From assembly GCA_032718475.1 (NCBI GenBank), contig JAUCBJ010001187.1, positions 47,554 through 111,553 of the forward strand: 64,000 nt of DNA, read 5' to 3'. The notes below the pieces were generated by a model. That model saw nothing but the letters and a program-made list of their open reading frames with translations, ran no database searches and was not told the origin of the DNA. The position numbers and the translations under genes were made by a program. Below, piece after piece: positions 35,201 to 50,200 of the stretch (position 1 is the first letter of the stretch; each line of letters begins with the position of its first letter). This DNA is from Nemertoderma westbladi. Lineage: Eukaryota; Animalia; Xenacoelomorpha.

Positions 35201-38200
35201 CTATCATAGCAGTGAGTAACCCTATAGATATTCAGTGTCCCACCTCCTATCATAGCAGTGAGTAACCCTATAGATATTCAGTGTCCCACCTCCTAACAGT
35301 CCCAGCAGTGAGTAACCCTATAGATATTCAGTGTCCCACCTCCTATCATAGCAGTGAGAAACCCTATAGATATTCAGTGTCCCGCCTCCTAACATAGCAG
35401 TGAGTAACCCTATAGATATTCAGTGTCCCACCTCCTATCATAGCAGTGAGTAACCCTATAGATATTCAGTGACCCACCTCCTAACATAGCAGTGAGTAAC
35501 CCTATAGATATTCAGTGTCCCACCTCCTATCATAGCAGTGAGTAACCCTATAGATATTCAGTGTCCCACCTCCTTTCATAGCAGTGAGTAACCCTATAGA
35601 TATTCAGTGTCCCACCTCCTAACATAGCAGTGAGTAACCCTATAGATATTCAGTGTCCCACCTCCTATCATAGCAGTGAGAAACCCTATAGATATTCAGT
35701 GTCCCACCTCCTATTATAGCAGTGAGTAACCCTATAGATATTCAGTGTCCCACCTCCTAACATAGCAGTGAGTAACCCTATAGATATTCAGTGTCCCACC
35801 TCCTATCGTAGCAGTGAGTAACCCTATAGATATTCAGTGTCCCACCTCCTATCATAGCAGTGAGAAACCCTATAGATATTCAGTGTCCCGCCTCCTAACA
35901 TAGCAGTGAGTAACCCTATAGATATTCAGTGTCCCACCTCCTATCATAGCAGTGAGTAAACCTATAGATATTCAGTGTCCCACCTCCTAACATAGCAGTG
36001 AGTAACCCTATAGATATTCAGTGTCCCACCTCCTATCGTAGCAGTGAGTAACCCTATAGATATTCAGTGTCCCACCTCCTAACATAGCAGTGAGTAACCC
36101 TATAGATATTCAGTGTCCCACCTCCTAACAGTCCTAGCAGTGAGTAACCCTATAGATATTCAGTGTCCCACCTCCTAACATAGCAGTGAGTAACCCTATA
36201 GATATTCAGTGTCCCACCTCCTATCATAGCAGCGAGTAACCCTATAGATATTCAGTGTCCCACCTCCTATCATAGCAGTGAGTAACCCTATAGATATTCA
36301 GTGTCCCACCTCCTATCATAGCAGTGAGTAACCCTATAGATATTCAGTGTCCCACCTCCTATCATAGCGGTGAGTAACCCTATAGATATTCAGTGTCCCA
36401 CCTCCTATCATAGCAGTGAGTAACCCTATAGATATTCAGTGTCCCACCTCCTAACAGTCCTAGCAGTGAGTAACCCTATAGATATTCAGTGTCCCACCTC
36501 CTATCATAGCAGTGAGTAACCCTATAGATATTCAGTGTCCCACCTCCTAACAGTCCTAGCAGTGAGTAACCCTATAGATATTCAGTGTCCCACCTCCTAT
36601 CATAGCAATGAGTAACCCTATAGATATTCAGTGTCCCACCTCCTATTATAGCAGCGAGTAACCCTATAGATATTCAGTGTCCCACCTCCTATTATAGCAG
36701 TGAGTAACCCTATAGATATTCAGTGTCCCACCTCCTATCATAGCAGTGAGTAACCCTATAGATATTCAGTGTCCCACCTCCTATTATAGCAGTGAGTAAC
36801 CCTATAGATATTCAGTGTCCCGCCTCCTATTATAGCAGTGAGTAACCCTATAGATATTCAGTGTCCCACCTCCTATCATAGCAGTGAGTAACCCTATAGA
36901 TATTCAGTGTCCCACCTCCTATCATAGCAGTGAGTAACCCTATAGATATTCAGTGTCCCACCTCCTATTATAGCAGTGAGTAACCCTATAGATATTCAGT
37001 GTCCCACCTCCTATCATAGCAGTGAGTAACCCTATAGATATTCAGTGTCCCACCTCCTATTATAGCAGTGAGTAACCCTATAGATATTCAGTGTCCCGCC
37101 TCCTATCATAGCAGTGAGTAACCCTATAGATATTCAGTGTCCCACCTCCTATTATAGCAGTGAGTAACCCTATAGATATTCAGTGTCCCACCTCCTATCG
37201 TAGCAGTGAGTAACCCTATAGATATTCAGTGTCCCACCTCCTATCATAGCAGTGAGTAACCCTATAGATATTCAGTGTCCCGCCTCCTAACAGTCCTAGC
37301 AGTGAGTAACCCTATAGATATTCAGTGTCCCACCTCCTTTCATAGCAGTGAGTAACCCTATAGATATTCAGTGTCCCACCTCCTATCATAGCAGTGAGTA
37401 ACCCTATAGATATTCAGTGTCCCACCTCCTATTATAGCAGTGAGTAACCCTATAGATATTCAGTGTCCCACCTCCTTTCATAGCAGTGAGTAACCCTATA
37501 GATATTCAGTGTCCCACCTCCTATCATAGCAGTGAGTAACCCTATAGATATTCAGTGTCCCACCTCCTATCATAGCAGTGAGAAACCCTATAGATATTCA
37601 GTGTCCCGCCTCCTAACATAGCAGTGAGTAACCCTATAGATATTCAGTGTCCCACCTCCTATCATAGCAGTGAGTAACCCTATAGATATTCAGTGTCCCA
37701 CCTCCTATCATAGCAGTGAGTAACCCTATAGATATTCAGTGTCCCACCTCCTATCATAGCAGTGAGTAACCCTATAGATATTCAGTGTCCCACCTCCTAT
37801 TATAGCAGTGAGTAACCCTATAGATATTCAGTGTCCCACCTCCTATTATAGCAGTGAGTAACCCTATAGATATTCAGTGTCCCACCTCCTATTATAGCAG
37901 TGAGTAACCCTATAGATATTCAGTGTCCCACCTCCGATCATAGCAGTGAGTAACCCTATAGATATTCAGTGTCCCACCTCCTATCATAGCAGTGAGTAAC
38001 CCTATAGATATTCAGTGTCCCACCTCCTAACAGTCCTAGCAGTGAGTAACCCTATAGATATTCAGTGTCCCACCTCCTAACATAGCAGTGAGTAACCCTA
38101 TAGATATTCAGTGTCCCACCTCCTATCATAGCAGTGAGTAACCCTATAGATATTCAGTGTCCCACCTCCTATCATAGCAGTGAGTAACCCTATAGATATT

Positions 38201-41200
38201 CAGTGTCCCACCTCCTATCATAGCAGTGAGTAACCCTATAGATATTCAGTGTCCCACCTCCTATCATAGCAGTGAGTAACCCTATAGATATTCAGTGTCC
38301 CACCTCCTATCATAGCAGTGAGTAACCCTATAGATATTCAGTGTCCCACCTCCTAACAGTCCTAGCAGTGAGTAACCCTATAGATATTCAGTGTCCCACC
38401 TCCTATCATAGCAGTGAGTAACCCTATAGATATTCAGTGTCCCACCTCCTAACAGTCCTAGCAGTGAGTAACCCTATAGATATTCAGTGTCCCACCTCCT
38501 ATCATAGCAATGAGTAACCCTATAGATATTCAGTGTCCCACCTCCTATTATAGCAGTGAGTAACCCTATAGATATTCAGTGTCCCACCTCCTATTATAGC
38601 AGTGAGTAACCCTATAGATATTCAGTGTCCCACCTCCTATCATAGCAGTGAGTAACCCTATAGATATTCAGTGTCCCACCTCCTATTATAGCAGTGAGTA
38701 ACCCTATAGATATTCAGTGTCCCACCTCCTATCATAGCAGTGAGTAACCCTATAGATATTCAGTGTCCCACCTCCTAACATAGCAGTGAGTAACCCTATA
38801 GATATTCAGTGTCCCACCTCCTATCATAGCAGTGAGTAACCCTATAGATATTCAGTGTCCCGCCTCCTATCATAGCAGTGAGTAACCCTATAGATATTCA
38901 GTGTCCCACCTCCTATCATAGCAGTGAGTAACCCTATAGATATTCAGTGTCCCACCTCCTAACATAGCAGTGAGTAACCCTATAGATATTCAGTGTCCCA
39001 CCTCCTATCATAGCAGTGAGTAACCCTATAGATATTCAGTGTCCCACCTCCTAACATAGCAGTGAGTAACCCTATAGATATTCAGTGTCCCACCTCCTAT
39101 TATAGCAGTGAGTAACCCTATAGATATTCAGTGTCCCACCTCCTATCATAGCAGTGAGTAACCCTATAGATATTCAGTGTCCCACCTCCTATCATAGCAG
39201 TGAGTAACCCTATAGATATTCAGTGTCCCACCTCCTAACATAGCAGTGAGAAACCCTATAGATATTCAGTGTCCCACCTCCTATCATAGCAGTGAGTAAC
39301 CCTATAGATATTCAGTGTCCCACCTCCTATCATAGCAGTGAGTAACCCTATAGATATTCAGTGTCCCACCTCCTAACATAGCAGTGAGTAACCCTATAGA
39401 TATTCAGTGTCCCACCTCCTATTATAGCAGTGAGTAACCCTATAGATATTCAGTGTCCCACCTCCTATCATAGCAGTGAGTAACCCTATAGATATTCAGT
39501 GTCCCACCTCCTATCATAGCAGTGAGTAACCCTATAGATATTCAGTGTCCCACCTCCTAACATAGCAGTGAGTAACCCTATAGATATTCAGTGTCCCACC
39601 TCCTATCATAGCAGTGAGTAACCCTATAGATATTCAGTGTCCCACCTCCTATCGTAGCAGTGAGTAACCCTATAGATATTCAGTGTCCCACCTCCTAACA
39701 TAGCAGTGAGTAACCCTATAGATATTCAGTGTCCCACCTCCTAACATAGCAGTGAGTAACCCTATAGATATTCAGTGTCCCACCTCCTAACAGTCCTAGC
39801 AGTGAGTAACCCTATAGATATTCAGTGTCCCACCTCCTATCATAGCAGTGAGTAACCCTATAGATATTCAGTGTCCCACCTCCTATCATAGCAGTGAGTA
39901 ACCCTATAGATATTCAGTGTCCCACCTCCTATCATAGCAGTGAGTAACCCTATAGATATTCAGTGTCCCACCTCCTAACAGTCCCAGCAGTGAGTAACCC
40001 TATAGATATTCAGTGTCCCACCTCCTATCATAGCAGTGAGAAACCCTATAGATATTCAGTGTCCCGCCTCCTAACATAGCAGTGAGTAACCCTATAGATA
40101 TTCAGTGTCCCACCTCCTATCATAGCAGTGAGTAACCCTATAGATATTCAGTGACCCACCTCCTAACATAGCAGTGAGTAACCCTATAGATATTCAGTGT
40201 CCCACCTCCTATCATAGCAGTGAGTAACCCTATAGATATTCAGTGTCCCACCTCCTTTCATAGCAGTGAGTAACCCTATAGATATTCAGTGTCCCACCTC
40301 CTAACATAGCAGTGAGTAACCCTATAGATATTCAGTGTCCCACCTCCTATCATAGCAGTGAGAAACCCTATAGATATTCAGTGTCCCACCTCCTATTATA
40401 GCAGTGAGTAACCCTATAGATATTCAGTGTCCCACCTCCTAACATAGCAGTGAGTAACCCTATAGATATTCAGTGTCCCACCTCCTATCGTAGCAGTGAG
40501 TAACCCTATAGATATTCAGTGTCCCACCTCCTATCATAGCAGTGAGAAACCCTATAGATATTCAGTGTCCCGCCTCCTAACATAGCAGTGAGTAACCCTA
40601 TAGATATTCAGTGTCCCACCTCCTATCATAGCAGTGAGTAAACCTATAGATATTCAGTGTCCCACCTCCTAACATAGCAGTGAGTAACCCTATAGATATT
40701 CAGTGTCCCACCTCCTATCGTAGCAGTGAGTAACCCTATAGATATTCAGTGTCCCACCTCCTAACATAGCAGTGAGTAACCCTATAGATATTCAGTGTCC
40801 CACCTCCTAACAGTCCTAGCAGTGAGTAACCCTATAGATATTCAGTGTCCCACCTCCTAACATAGCAGTGAGTAACCCTATAGATATTCAGTGTCCCACC
40901 TCCTATCATAGCAGTGAGTAACCCTATAGATATTCAGTGTCCCACCTCCTATCATAGCAGTGAGTAACCCTATAGATATTCAGTGTCCCACCTCCTATCA
41001 TAGCAGTGAGTAACCCTATAGATATTCAGTGTCCCACCTCCTATCATAGCAGTGAGTAACCCTATAGATATTCAGTGTCCCACCTCCTATCATAGCAGTG
41101 AGTAACCCTATAGATATTCAGTGTCCCACCTCCTAACAGTCCTAGCAGTGAGTAACCCTATAGATATTCAGTGTCCCACCTCCTATCATAGCAGTGAGTA

Positions 41201-44200
41201 ACCCTATAGATATTCAGTGTCCCACCTCCTAACAGTCCTAGCAGTGAGTAACCCTATAGATATTCAGTGTCCCACCTCCTATCATAGCAATGTGTAACCC
41301 TATAGATATTCAGTGTCCCACCTCCTATTATAGCAGCGAGTAACCCTATAGATATTCAGTGTCCCACCTCCTATTATAGCAGTGAGTAACCCTATAGATA
41401 TTCAGTGTCCCACCTCCTATCATAGCAGTGAGTAACCCTATAGATATTCAGTGTCCCACCTCCTATTATAGCAGTGAGTAACCCTATAGATATTCAGTGT
41501 CCCGCCTCCTATTATAGCAGTGAGTAACCCTATAGATATTCAGTGTCCCACCTCCTATCATAGCAGTGAGTAACCCTATAGATATTCAGTGTCCCACCTC
41601 CTATCATAGCAGTGAGTAACCCTATAGATATTCAGTGTCCCACCTCCTATTATAGCAGTGAGTAACCCTATAGATATTCAGTGTCCCACCTCCTATCATA
41701 GCAGTGAGTAACCCTATAGATATTCAGTGTCCCACCTCCTATTATAGCAGTGAGTAACCCTATAGATATTCAGTGTCCCGCCTCCTATCATAGCAGTGAG
41801 TAACCCTATAGATATTCAGTGTCCCACCTCCTATTATAGCAGTGAGTAACCCTATAGATATTCAGTGTCCCACCTCCTATCGTAGCAGTGAGTAACCCTA
41901 TAGATATTCAGTGTCCCACCTCCTATCATAGCAGTGAGTAACCCTATAGATATTCAGTGTCCCGCCTCCTAACAGTCCTAGCAGTGAGTAACCCTATAGA
42001 TATTCAGTGTCCCACCTCCTATCATAGCAGTGAGAAACCCTATAGATATTCAGTGTCCCACCTCCTAACAGTCCTAGCAGTGAGTAACCCTATAGATATT
42101 CAGTGTCCCACCTCCTATCATAGCAGTGAGAAACCCTATAGATATTCAGTGTCCCGCCTCCTAACATAGCAGTGAGTAACCCTATAGATATTCAGTGTCC
42201 CACCTCCTATTATAGCAGTGAGTAACCCTATAGATATTCAGTGTCCCACCTCCTTTCATAGCAGTGAGTAACCCTATAGATATTCAGTGTCCCACCTCCT
42301 ATCATAGCAGTGAGAAACCCTATAGATATTCAGTGTCCCACCTCCTAACATAGCAGTGAGTAACCCTATAGATATTCAGTGTCCCACCTCCTATCATAGC
42401 AGTGAGTAACCCTATAGATATTCAGTGTCCCACCTCCTAACATAGCAGTGAGAAACCCTATAGATATTCAGTGTCCCTCCTCCTAACATAGCAGTGAGTA
42501 ACCCTATAGATATTCAGTGTCCCACCTCCTAACATAGCAGTGAGAAACCCTATAGATATTCAGTGTCCCACCTCCTAACATAGCAGTGAGTAACCCTATA
42601 GATATTAAGTGTCCCACCTCCTATCATAGCAGTGAGAAACCCTATAGATATTCAGTGTCCCGCCTCCTAACATAGCAGTGAGTAACCCTATAGATATTCA
42701 GTGTCCCACCTCCTATTATAGCAGTGAGTAACCCTATAGATATTCAGTGTCCCACCTCCTTTCATAGCAGTGAGTAACCCTATAGATATTCAGTGTCCCA
42801 CCTCCTATCATAGCAGTGAGAAACCCTATAGATATTCAGTGTCCCACCTCCTAACATAGCAGTGAGTAACCCTATAGATATTCAGTGTCCCACCTCCTAT
42901 CATAGCAGTGAGTAACCCTATAGATATTCAGTGTCCCACATCCTAACATAGCAGTGAGTAACCCTATAGATATTCAGTGTCCCACCTCCTATCATAGCAG
43001 TGAGTAACCCTATAGATATTCAGTGTCCCACCTCCTATCATAGCAGTGAGTAACCCTATAGATATTCAGTGTCCCACCTCCTATCATAGCAGTGAGAAAC
43101 CCTATAGATACTCAGTGTCCCGCCTCCTAACATAGCAGCGAGTAACCCTATAGATATTCAGTGTCCCACCTCCTATCATAGCAGTGAGTAACCCTATAGA
43201 TATTCAGTGTCCCATCTCCTATCATAGCAGTGAGAAACCCTATAGATATTCAGTGTCCCGCCTCCTAACATAGCAGTGAGTAACCCTATAGATATTCAGT
43301 GTCCCACCTCCTATTATAGCAGTGAGTAACCCTATAGATATTCAGTGTCCCACCTCCTATCATAGCAGTGAGTAACCCTATAGATATTCAGTGTCCCACC
43401 TCCTATCATAGCAGTGAGAAACCCTATAGATATTCAGTGTCCCGCCTCCTAACATAGCAGTGAGTAACCCTATAGATATTCAGTGTCCCACCTCCTTTCA
43501 TAGCAGTGAGTAACCCTATAGATATTCAGTGTCCCACCTCCTATCATAGCAGTGAGAAACCCTATAGATATTCAGTGTCCCGCCTCCTAACATAGCAGTG
43601 AGTAACCCTATAGATATTCAGTGTCCCACCTCCTATTATAGCAGTGAGTAACCCTATAGATATTCAGTGTCCCACCTCCTTTCATAGCAGTGAGTAACCC
43701 TATAGATATTCAGTGTCCCACCTCCTATCATAGCAGTGAGTAACCCTATAGATATTCAGTGTCCCACCTCCTATTATAGCAGTGAGTAACCCTATAGATA
43801 TTCAGTGTCCCACCTCCTTTCATAGCAGTGAGTAACCCTATAGATATTCAGTGTCCCACCTCCTATCATAGCAGTGAGTAACCCTATAGATATTCAGTGT
43901 CCCACCTCCTATCATAGCAGTGAGAAACCCTATAGATATTCAGTGTCCCGCCTCCTAACATAGCAGTGAGTAACCCTATAGATATTCAGTGTCCCACCTC
44001 CTATCATAGCAGTGAGTAACCCTATAGATATTCAGTGTCCCACCTCCTATCATAGCAGTGAGTAACCCTATAGATATTCAGTGTCCCACCTCCTATCATA
44101 GCAGTGAGTAACCCTATAGATATTCAGTGTCCCACCTCCTATTATAGCAGTGAAAAACCCTATAGATATTCAGTGTCCCACCTCCTATCATAGCAGTGAG

Positions 44201-47200
44201 TAACCCTATAGATATTCAGTGTCCCACCTCCTATTATAGCAGTGAGTAACCCTATAGATATTCAGTGTCCCACCTCCTATTATAGCAGTGAGTAACCCTA
44301 TAGATATTCAGTGTCCCACCTCCGATCATAGCAGTGAGTAACCCTATAGATATTCAGTGTCCCACCTCCTATCATAGCAGTGAGTAACCCTATAGATATT
44401 CAGTGTCCCACCTCCTATTATAGCAGTGAGTAACCCTATAGATATTCAGTGTCCCACCTCCTTTCATAGCAGTGAGTAACCCTATAGATATTCAGTGTCC
44501 CACCTCCTATCATAGCAGTGAGAAACCCTATAGATATTCAGTGTCCCACCTCCTAACATAGCAGTGAGTAACCCTATAGATATTCAGTGTCCCACCTCCT
44601 ATCATAGCAGTGAGTAACCCTATAGATATTCAGTGTCCCACATCCTAACATAGCAGTGAGTAACCCTATAGATATTCAGTGTCCCACCTCCTAACATAGC
44701 AGTGAGTAACCCTATAGATATTCAGTGTCCCACCTCCTATCATAGCAGTGAGTAACCCTATAGATATTCAGTGTCCCACCTCCTATCATAGCAGTGAGTA
44801 ACCCTATAGATATTCAGTGTCCCACCTCCTATCATAGCAGTGAGTAACCCTATAGATATTCAGTGTCCCACCTCCTATTATAGCAGTGAGTAACCCTATA
44901 GATATTCAGTGTCCCACCTCCTATTATAGCAGTGAGTAACCCTATAGATATTCAGTGTCCCACCTCCTATTATAGCAGTGAGTAACCCTATAGATATTCA
45001 GTGTCCCACCTCCGATCATAGCAGTGAGTAACCCTATAGATATTCAGTGTCCCACCTCCTATCATAGCAGTGAGTAACCCTATAGATATTCAGTGTCCCA
45101 CCTCCTATTATAGCAGTGAGTAACCCTATAGATATTCAGTGTCCCACCTCCTTTCATAGCAGTGAGTAACCCTATAGATATTCAGTGTCCCACCTCCTAT
45201 CATAGCAGTGAGAAACCCTATAGATATTCAGTGTCCCACCTCCTAACATAGCAGTGAGTAACCCTATAGATATTCAGTGTCCCACCTCCTATCATAGCAG
45301 TGAGTAACCCTATAGATATTCAGTGTCCCACATCCTAACATAGCAGTGAGTAACCCTATAGATATTCAGTGTTCTACCTCCTATCATAGCAGTGAGTAAC
45401 CCTATAGATATTCAGTGTCCCACCTCCTATCATAGCAGTGAGTAACCCTATAGATATTCAGTGTCCCACCTCCTATCATAGCAGTGAGAAACCCTATAGA
45501 TACTCAGTGTCCCGCCTCCTAACATAGCAGTGAGTAACCCTATAGATATTCAGTGTCCCACCTCCTATCATAGCAGTGAGTAACCCTATAGATATTCAGT
45601 GTCCCATCTCCTATCATAGCAGTGAGAAACCCTATAGATATTCAGTGTCCCGCCTCCTAACATAGCAGTGAGTAACCCTATAGATATTCAGTGTCCCACC
45701 TCCTATTATAGCAGTGAGTAACCCTATAGATATTCAGTGTCCCACCTCCTATCATAGCAGTGAGTAACCCTATAGATATTCAGTGTCCCACCTCCTATCA
45801 TAGCAGTGAGAAACCCTATAGATATTCAGTGTCCCGCCTCCTAACATAGCAGTGAGTAACCCTATAGATATTCAGTGTCCCACCTCCTTTCATAGCAGTG
45901 AGTAACCCTATAGATATTCAGTGTCCCACCTCCTATCATAGCAGTGAGAAACCCTATAGATATTCAGTGTCCCGCCTCCTAACATAGCAGTGAGTAACCC
46001 TATAGATATTCAGTGTCCCACCTCCTATTATAGCAGTGAGTAACCCTATAGATATTCAGTGTCCCACCTCCTTTCATAGCAGTGAGTAACCCTATAGATA
46101 TTCAGTGTCCCACCTCCTATCATAGCAGTGAGTAACCCTATAGATATTCAGTGTCCCACCTCCTATTATAGCAGTGAGTAACCCTATAGATATTCAGTGT
46201 CCCACCTCCTTTCATAGCAGTGAGTAACCCTATAGATATTCAGTGTCCCACCTCCTATCATAGCAGTGAGTAACCCTATAGATATTCAGTGTCCCACCTC
46301 CTATCATAGCAGTGAGAAACCCTATAGATATTCAGTGTCCCGCCTCCTAACATAGCAGTGAGTAACCCTATAGATATTCAGTGTCCCACCTCCTATCATA
46401 GCAGTGAGTAACCCTATAGATATTCAGTGTCCCACCTCCTATCATAGCAGTGAGTAACCCTATAGATATTCAGTGTCCCACCTCCTATCATAGCAGTGAG
46501 TAACCCTATAGATATTCAGTGTCCCACCTCCTATTATAGCAGTGAGTAACCCTATAGATATTCAGTGTCCCACCTCCTATTATAGCAGTGAGTAACCCTA
46601 TAGATATTCAGTGTCCCACCTCCTATTATAGCAGTGAGTAACCCTATAGATATTCAGTGTCCCACCTCCGATCATAGCAGTGAGTAACCCTATAGATATT
46701 CAGTGTCCCACCTCCTATCATAGCAGTGAGTAACCCTATAGATATTCAGTGTCCCACCTCCTAACAGTCCTAGCAGTGAGTAACCCTATAGATATTCAGT
46801 GTCCCACCTCCTAACATAGCAGTGAGTAACCCTATAGATATTCAGTGTCCCACCTCCTATCATAGCAGTGAGTAACCCTATAGATATTCAGTGTCCCACC
46901 TCCTATCATAGCAGTGAGTAACCCTATAGATATTCAGTGTCCCACCTCCTATCATAGCAGTGAGTAACCCTATAGATATTCAGTGTCCCACCTCCTATCA
47001 TAGCAGTGAGTAACCCTATAGATATTCAGTGTCCCACCTCCTATCATAGCAGTGAGTAACCCTATAGATATTCAGTGTCCCACCTCCTAACAGTCCTAGC
47101 AGTGAGTAACCCTATAGATATTCAGTGTCCCACCTCCTATCATAGCAGTGAGTAACCCTATAGATATTCAGTGTCCCACCTCCTAACAGTCCTAGCAGTG

Positions 47201-50200
47201 AGTAACCCTATAGATATTCAGTGTCCCACCTCCTATCATAGCAATGAGTAACCCTATAGATATTCAGTGTCCCACCTCCTATTATAGCAGTGAGTAACCC
47301 TATAGATATTCAGTGTCCCACCTCCTATTATAGCAGTGAGTAACCCTATAGATATTCAGTGTCCCACCTCCTATCATAGCAGTGAGTAACCCTATAGATA
47401 TTCAGTGTCCCACCTCCTATCATAGCAGTGAGTAACCCTATAGATATTCAGTGTCCCACCTCCTATCATAGGAGTGAGTAACCCTATAGATATTCAGTGT
47501 CCCACCTCCTAACATAGCAGTGAGTAACCCTATAGATATTCAGTGTCCCACCTCCTATCATAGCAGTGAGTAACCCTATAGATATTCAGTGTCCCACCTC
47601 CTAACATAGCAGTGAGTAACCCTATAGATATTCAGTGTCCCACCTCCTATTATAGCAGTGAGTAACCCTATAGATATTCAGTGTCCCACCTCCTATCATA
47701 GCAGTGAGTAACCCTATAGATATTCAGTGTCCCACCTCCTATCATAGCAGTGAGTAACCCTATAGATATTCAGTGTCCCACCTCCTAACATAGCAGTGAG
47801 AAACCCTATAGATATTCAGTGTCCCACCTCCTATCATAGCAGTGAGTAACCCTATAGATATTCAGTGTCCCACCTCCTATCATAGCAGTGAGTAACCCTA
47901 TAGATATTCAGTGTCCCACCTCCTAACATAGCAGTGAGTAACCCTATAGATATTCAGTGTCCCACCTCCTATTATAGCAGTGAGTAACCCTATAGATATT
48001 CAGTGTCCCACCTCCTATCATAGCAGTGAGTAACCCTATAGATATTCAGTGTCCCACCTCCTATCATAGCAGTGAGTAACCCTATAGATATTCAGTGTCC
48101 CACCTCCTAACATAGCAGTGAGTAACCCTATAGATATTCAGTGTCCCACCTCCTATCATAGCAGTGAGTAACCCTATAGATATTCAGTGTCCCACCTCCT
48201 ATCGTAGCAGTGAGTAACCCTATAGATATTCAGTGTCCCACCTCCTAACATAGCAGTGAGTAACCCTATAGATATTCAGTGTCCCACCTCCTAACATAGC
48301 AGTGAGTAACCCTATAGATATTCAGTGTCCCACCTCCTAACAGTCCTAGCAGTGAGTAACCCTATAGATATTCAGTGTCCCACCTCCTATCATAGCAGTG
48401 AGTAACCCTATAGATATTCAGTGTCCCACCTCCTATCATAGCAGTGAGTAACCCTATAGATATTCAGTGTCCCACCTCCTATCATAGCAGTGAGTAACCC
48501 TATAGATATTCAGTGTCCCACCTCCTAACAGTCCCAGCAGTGAGTAACCCTATAGATATTCAGTGTCCCACCTCCTATCATAGCAGTGAGAAACCCTATA
48601 GATATTCAGTGTCCCGCCTCCTAACATAGCAGTGAGTAACCCTATAGATATTCAGTGTCCCACCTCCTATCATAGCAGTGAGTAACCCTATAGATATTCA
48701 GTGTCCCACCTCCTAACATAGCAGTGAGTAACCCTATAGATATTCAGTGTCCCACCTCCTATCATAGCAGTGAGTAACCCTATAGATATTCAGTGTCCCA
48801 CCTCCTATCATAGCAGTGAGTAACCCTATAGATATTCAGTGTCCCACCTCCTAACATAGCAGTGAGTAACCCTATAGATATTCAGTGTCCCACCTCCTAT
48901 CATAGCAGTGAGAAACCCTATAGATATTCAGTGTCCCACCTCCTATTATAGCAGTGAGTAACCCTATAGATATTCAGTGTCCCACCTCCTAACATAGCAG
49001 TGAGTAACCCTATAGATATTCAGTGTCCCACCTCCTATCGTAGCAGTGAGTAACCCTATAGATATTCAGTGTCCCACCTCCTATCATAGCAGTGAGAAAC
49101 CCTATAGATATTCAGTGTCCCGCCTCCTAACATAGCAGTGAGTAACCCTATAGATATTCAGTGTCCCACCTCCTATCATAGCAGTGAGTAAACCTATAGA
49201 TATTCAGTGTCCCACCTCCTAACATAGCAGTGAGTAACCCTATAGATATTCAGTGTCCCACCTCCTATCGTAGCAGTGAGTAACCCTATAGATATTCAGT
49301 GTCCCACCTCCTAACATAGCAGTGAGTAACCCTATAGATATTCAGTGTCCCACCTCCTAACAGTCCTAGCAGTGAGTAACCCTATAGATATTCAGTGTCC
49401 CACCTCCTAACATAGCAGTGAGTAACCCTATAGATATTCAGTGTCCCACCTCCTATCATAGCAGTGAGTAACCCTATAGATATTCAGTGTCCCACCTCCT
49501 ATCATAGCAGTGAGTAACCCTATAGATATTCAGTGTCCCACCTCCTATCATAGCAGTGAGTAACCCTATAGATATTCAGTGTCCCACCTCCTATCATAGC
49601 AGTGAGTAACCCTATAGATATTCAGTGTCCCACCTCCTATCATAGCAGTGAGTAACCCTATAGATATTCAGTGTCCCACCTCCTAACAGTCCTAGCAGTG
49701 AGTAACCCTATAGATATTCAGTGTCCCACCTCCTATCATAGCAGTGAGTAACCCTATAGATATTCAGTGTCCCACCTCCTAACAGTCCTAGCAGTGAGTA
49801 ACCCTATAGATATTCAGTGTCCCACCTCCTATCATAGCAATGAGTAACCCTATAGATATTCAGTGTCCCACCTCCTATTATAGCAGCGAGTAACCCTATA
49901 GATATTCAGTGTCCCACCTCCTATTATAGCAGTGAGTAACCCTATAGATATTCAGTGTCCCACCTCCTATCATAGCAGTGAGTAACCCTATAGATATTCA
50001 GTGTCCCACCTCCTATCATAGCAGTGAGTAACCCTATAGATATTCAGTGTCCCACCTCCTATCATAGCAGTGAGTAACCCTATAGATATTCAGTGTCCCA
50101 CCTCCTAACATAGCAGCGAGTAACCCTATAGATATTCAGTGTCCCACCTCCTATCATAGCAGTGAGTAACCCTATAGATATTCAGTGTCCCACCTCCTAA

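Noticed and set aside
30933-42169. Two identical 70-aa ORFs (30933-31145, 41957-42169) within the array
   Set aside because: They are artefacts of alternating 50+46-bp units (96 bp = 32 codons) inside an 11,024-bp duplication.
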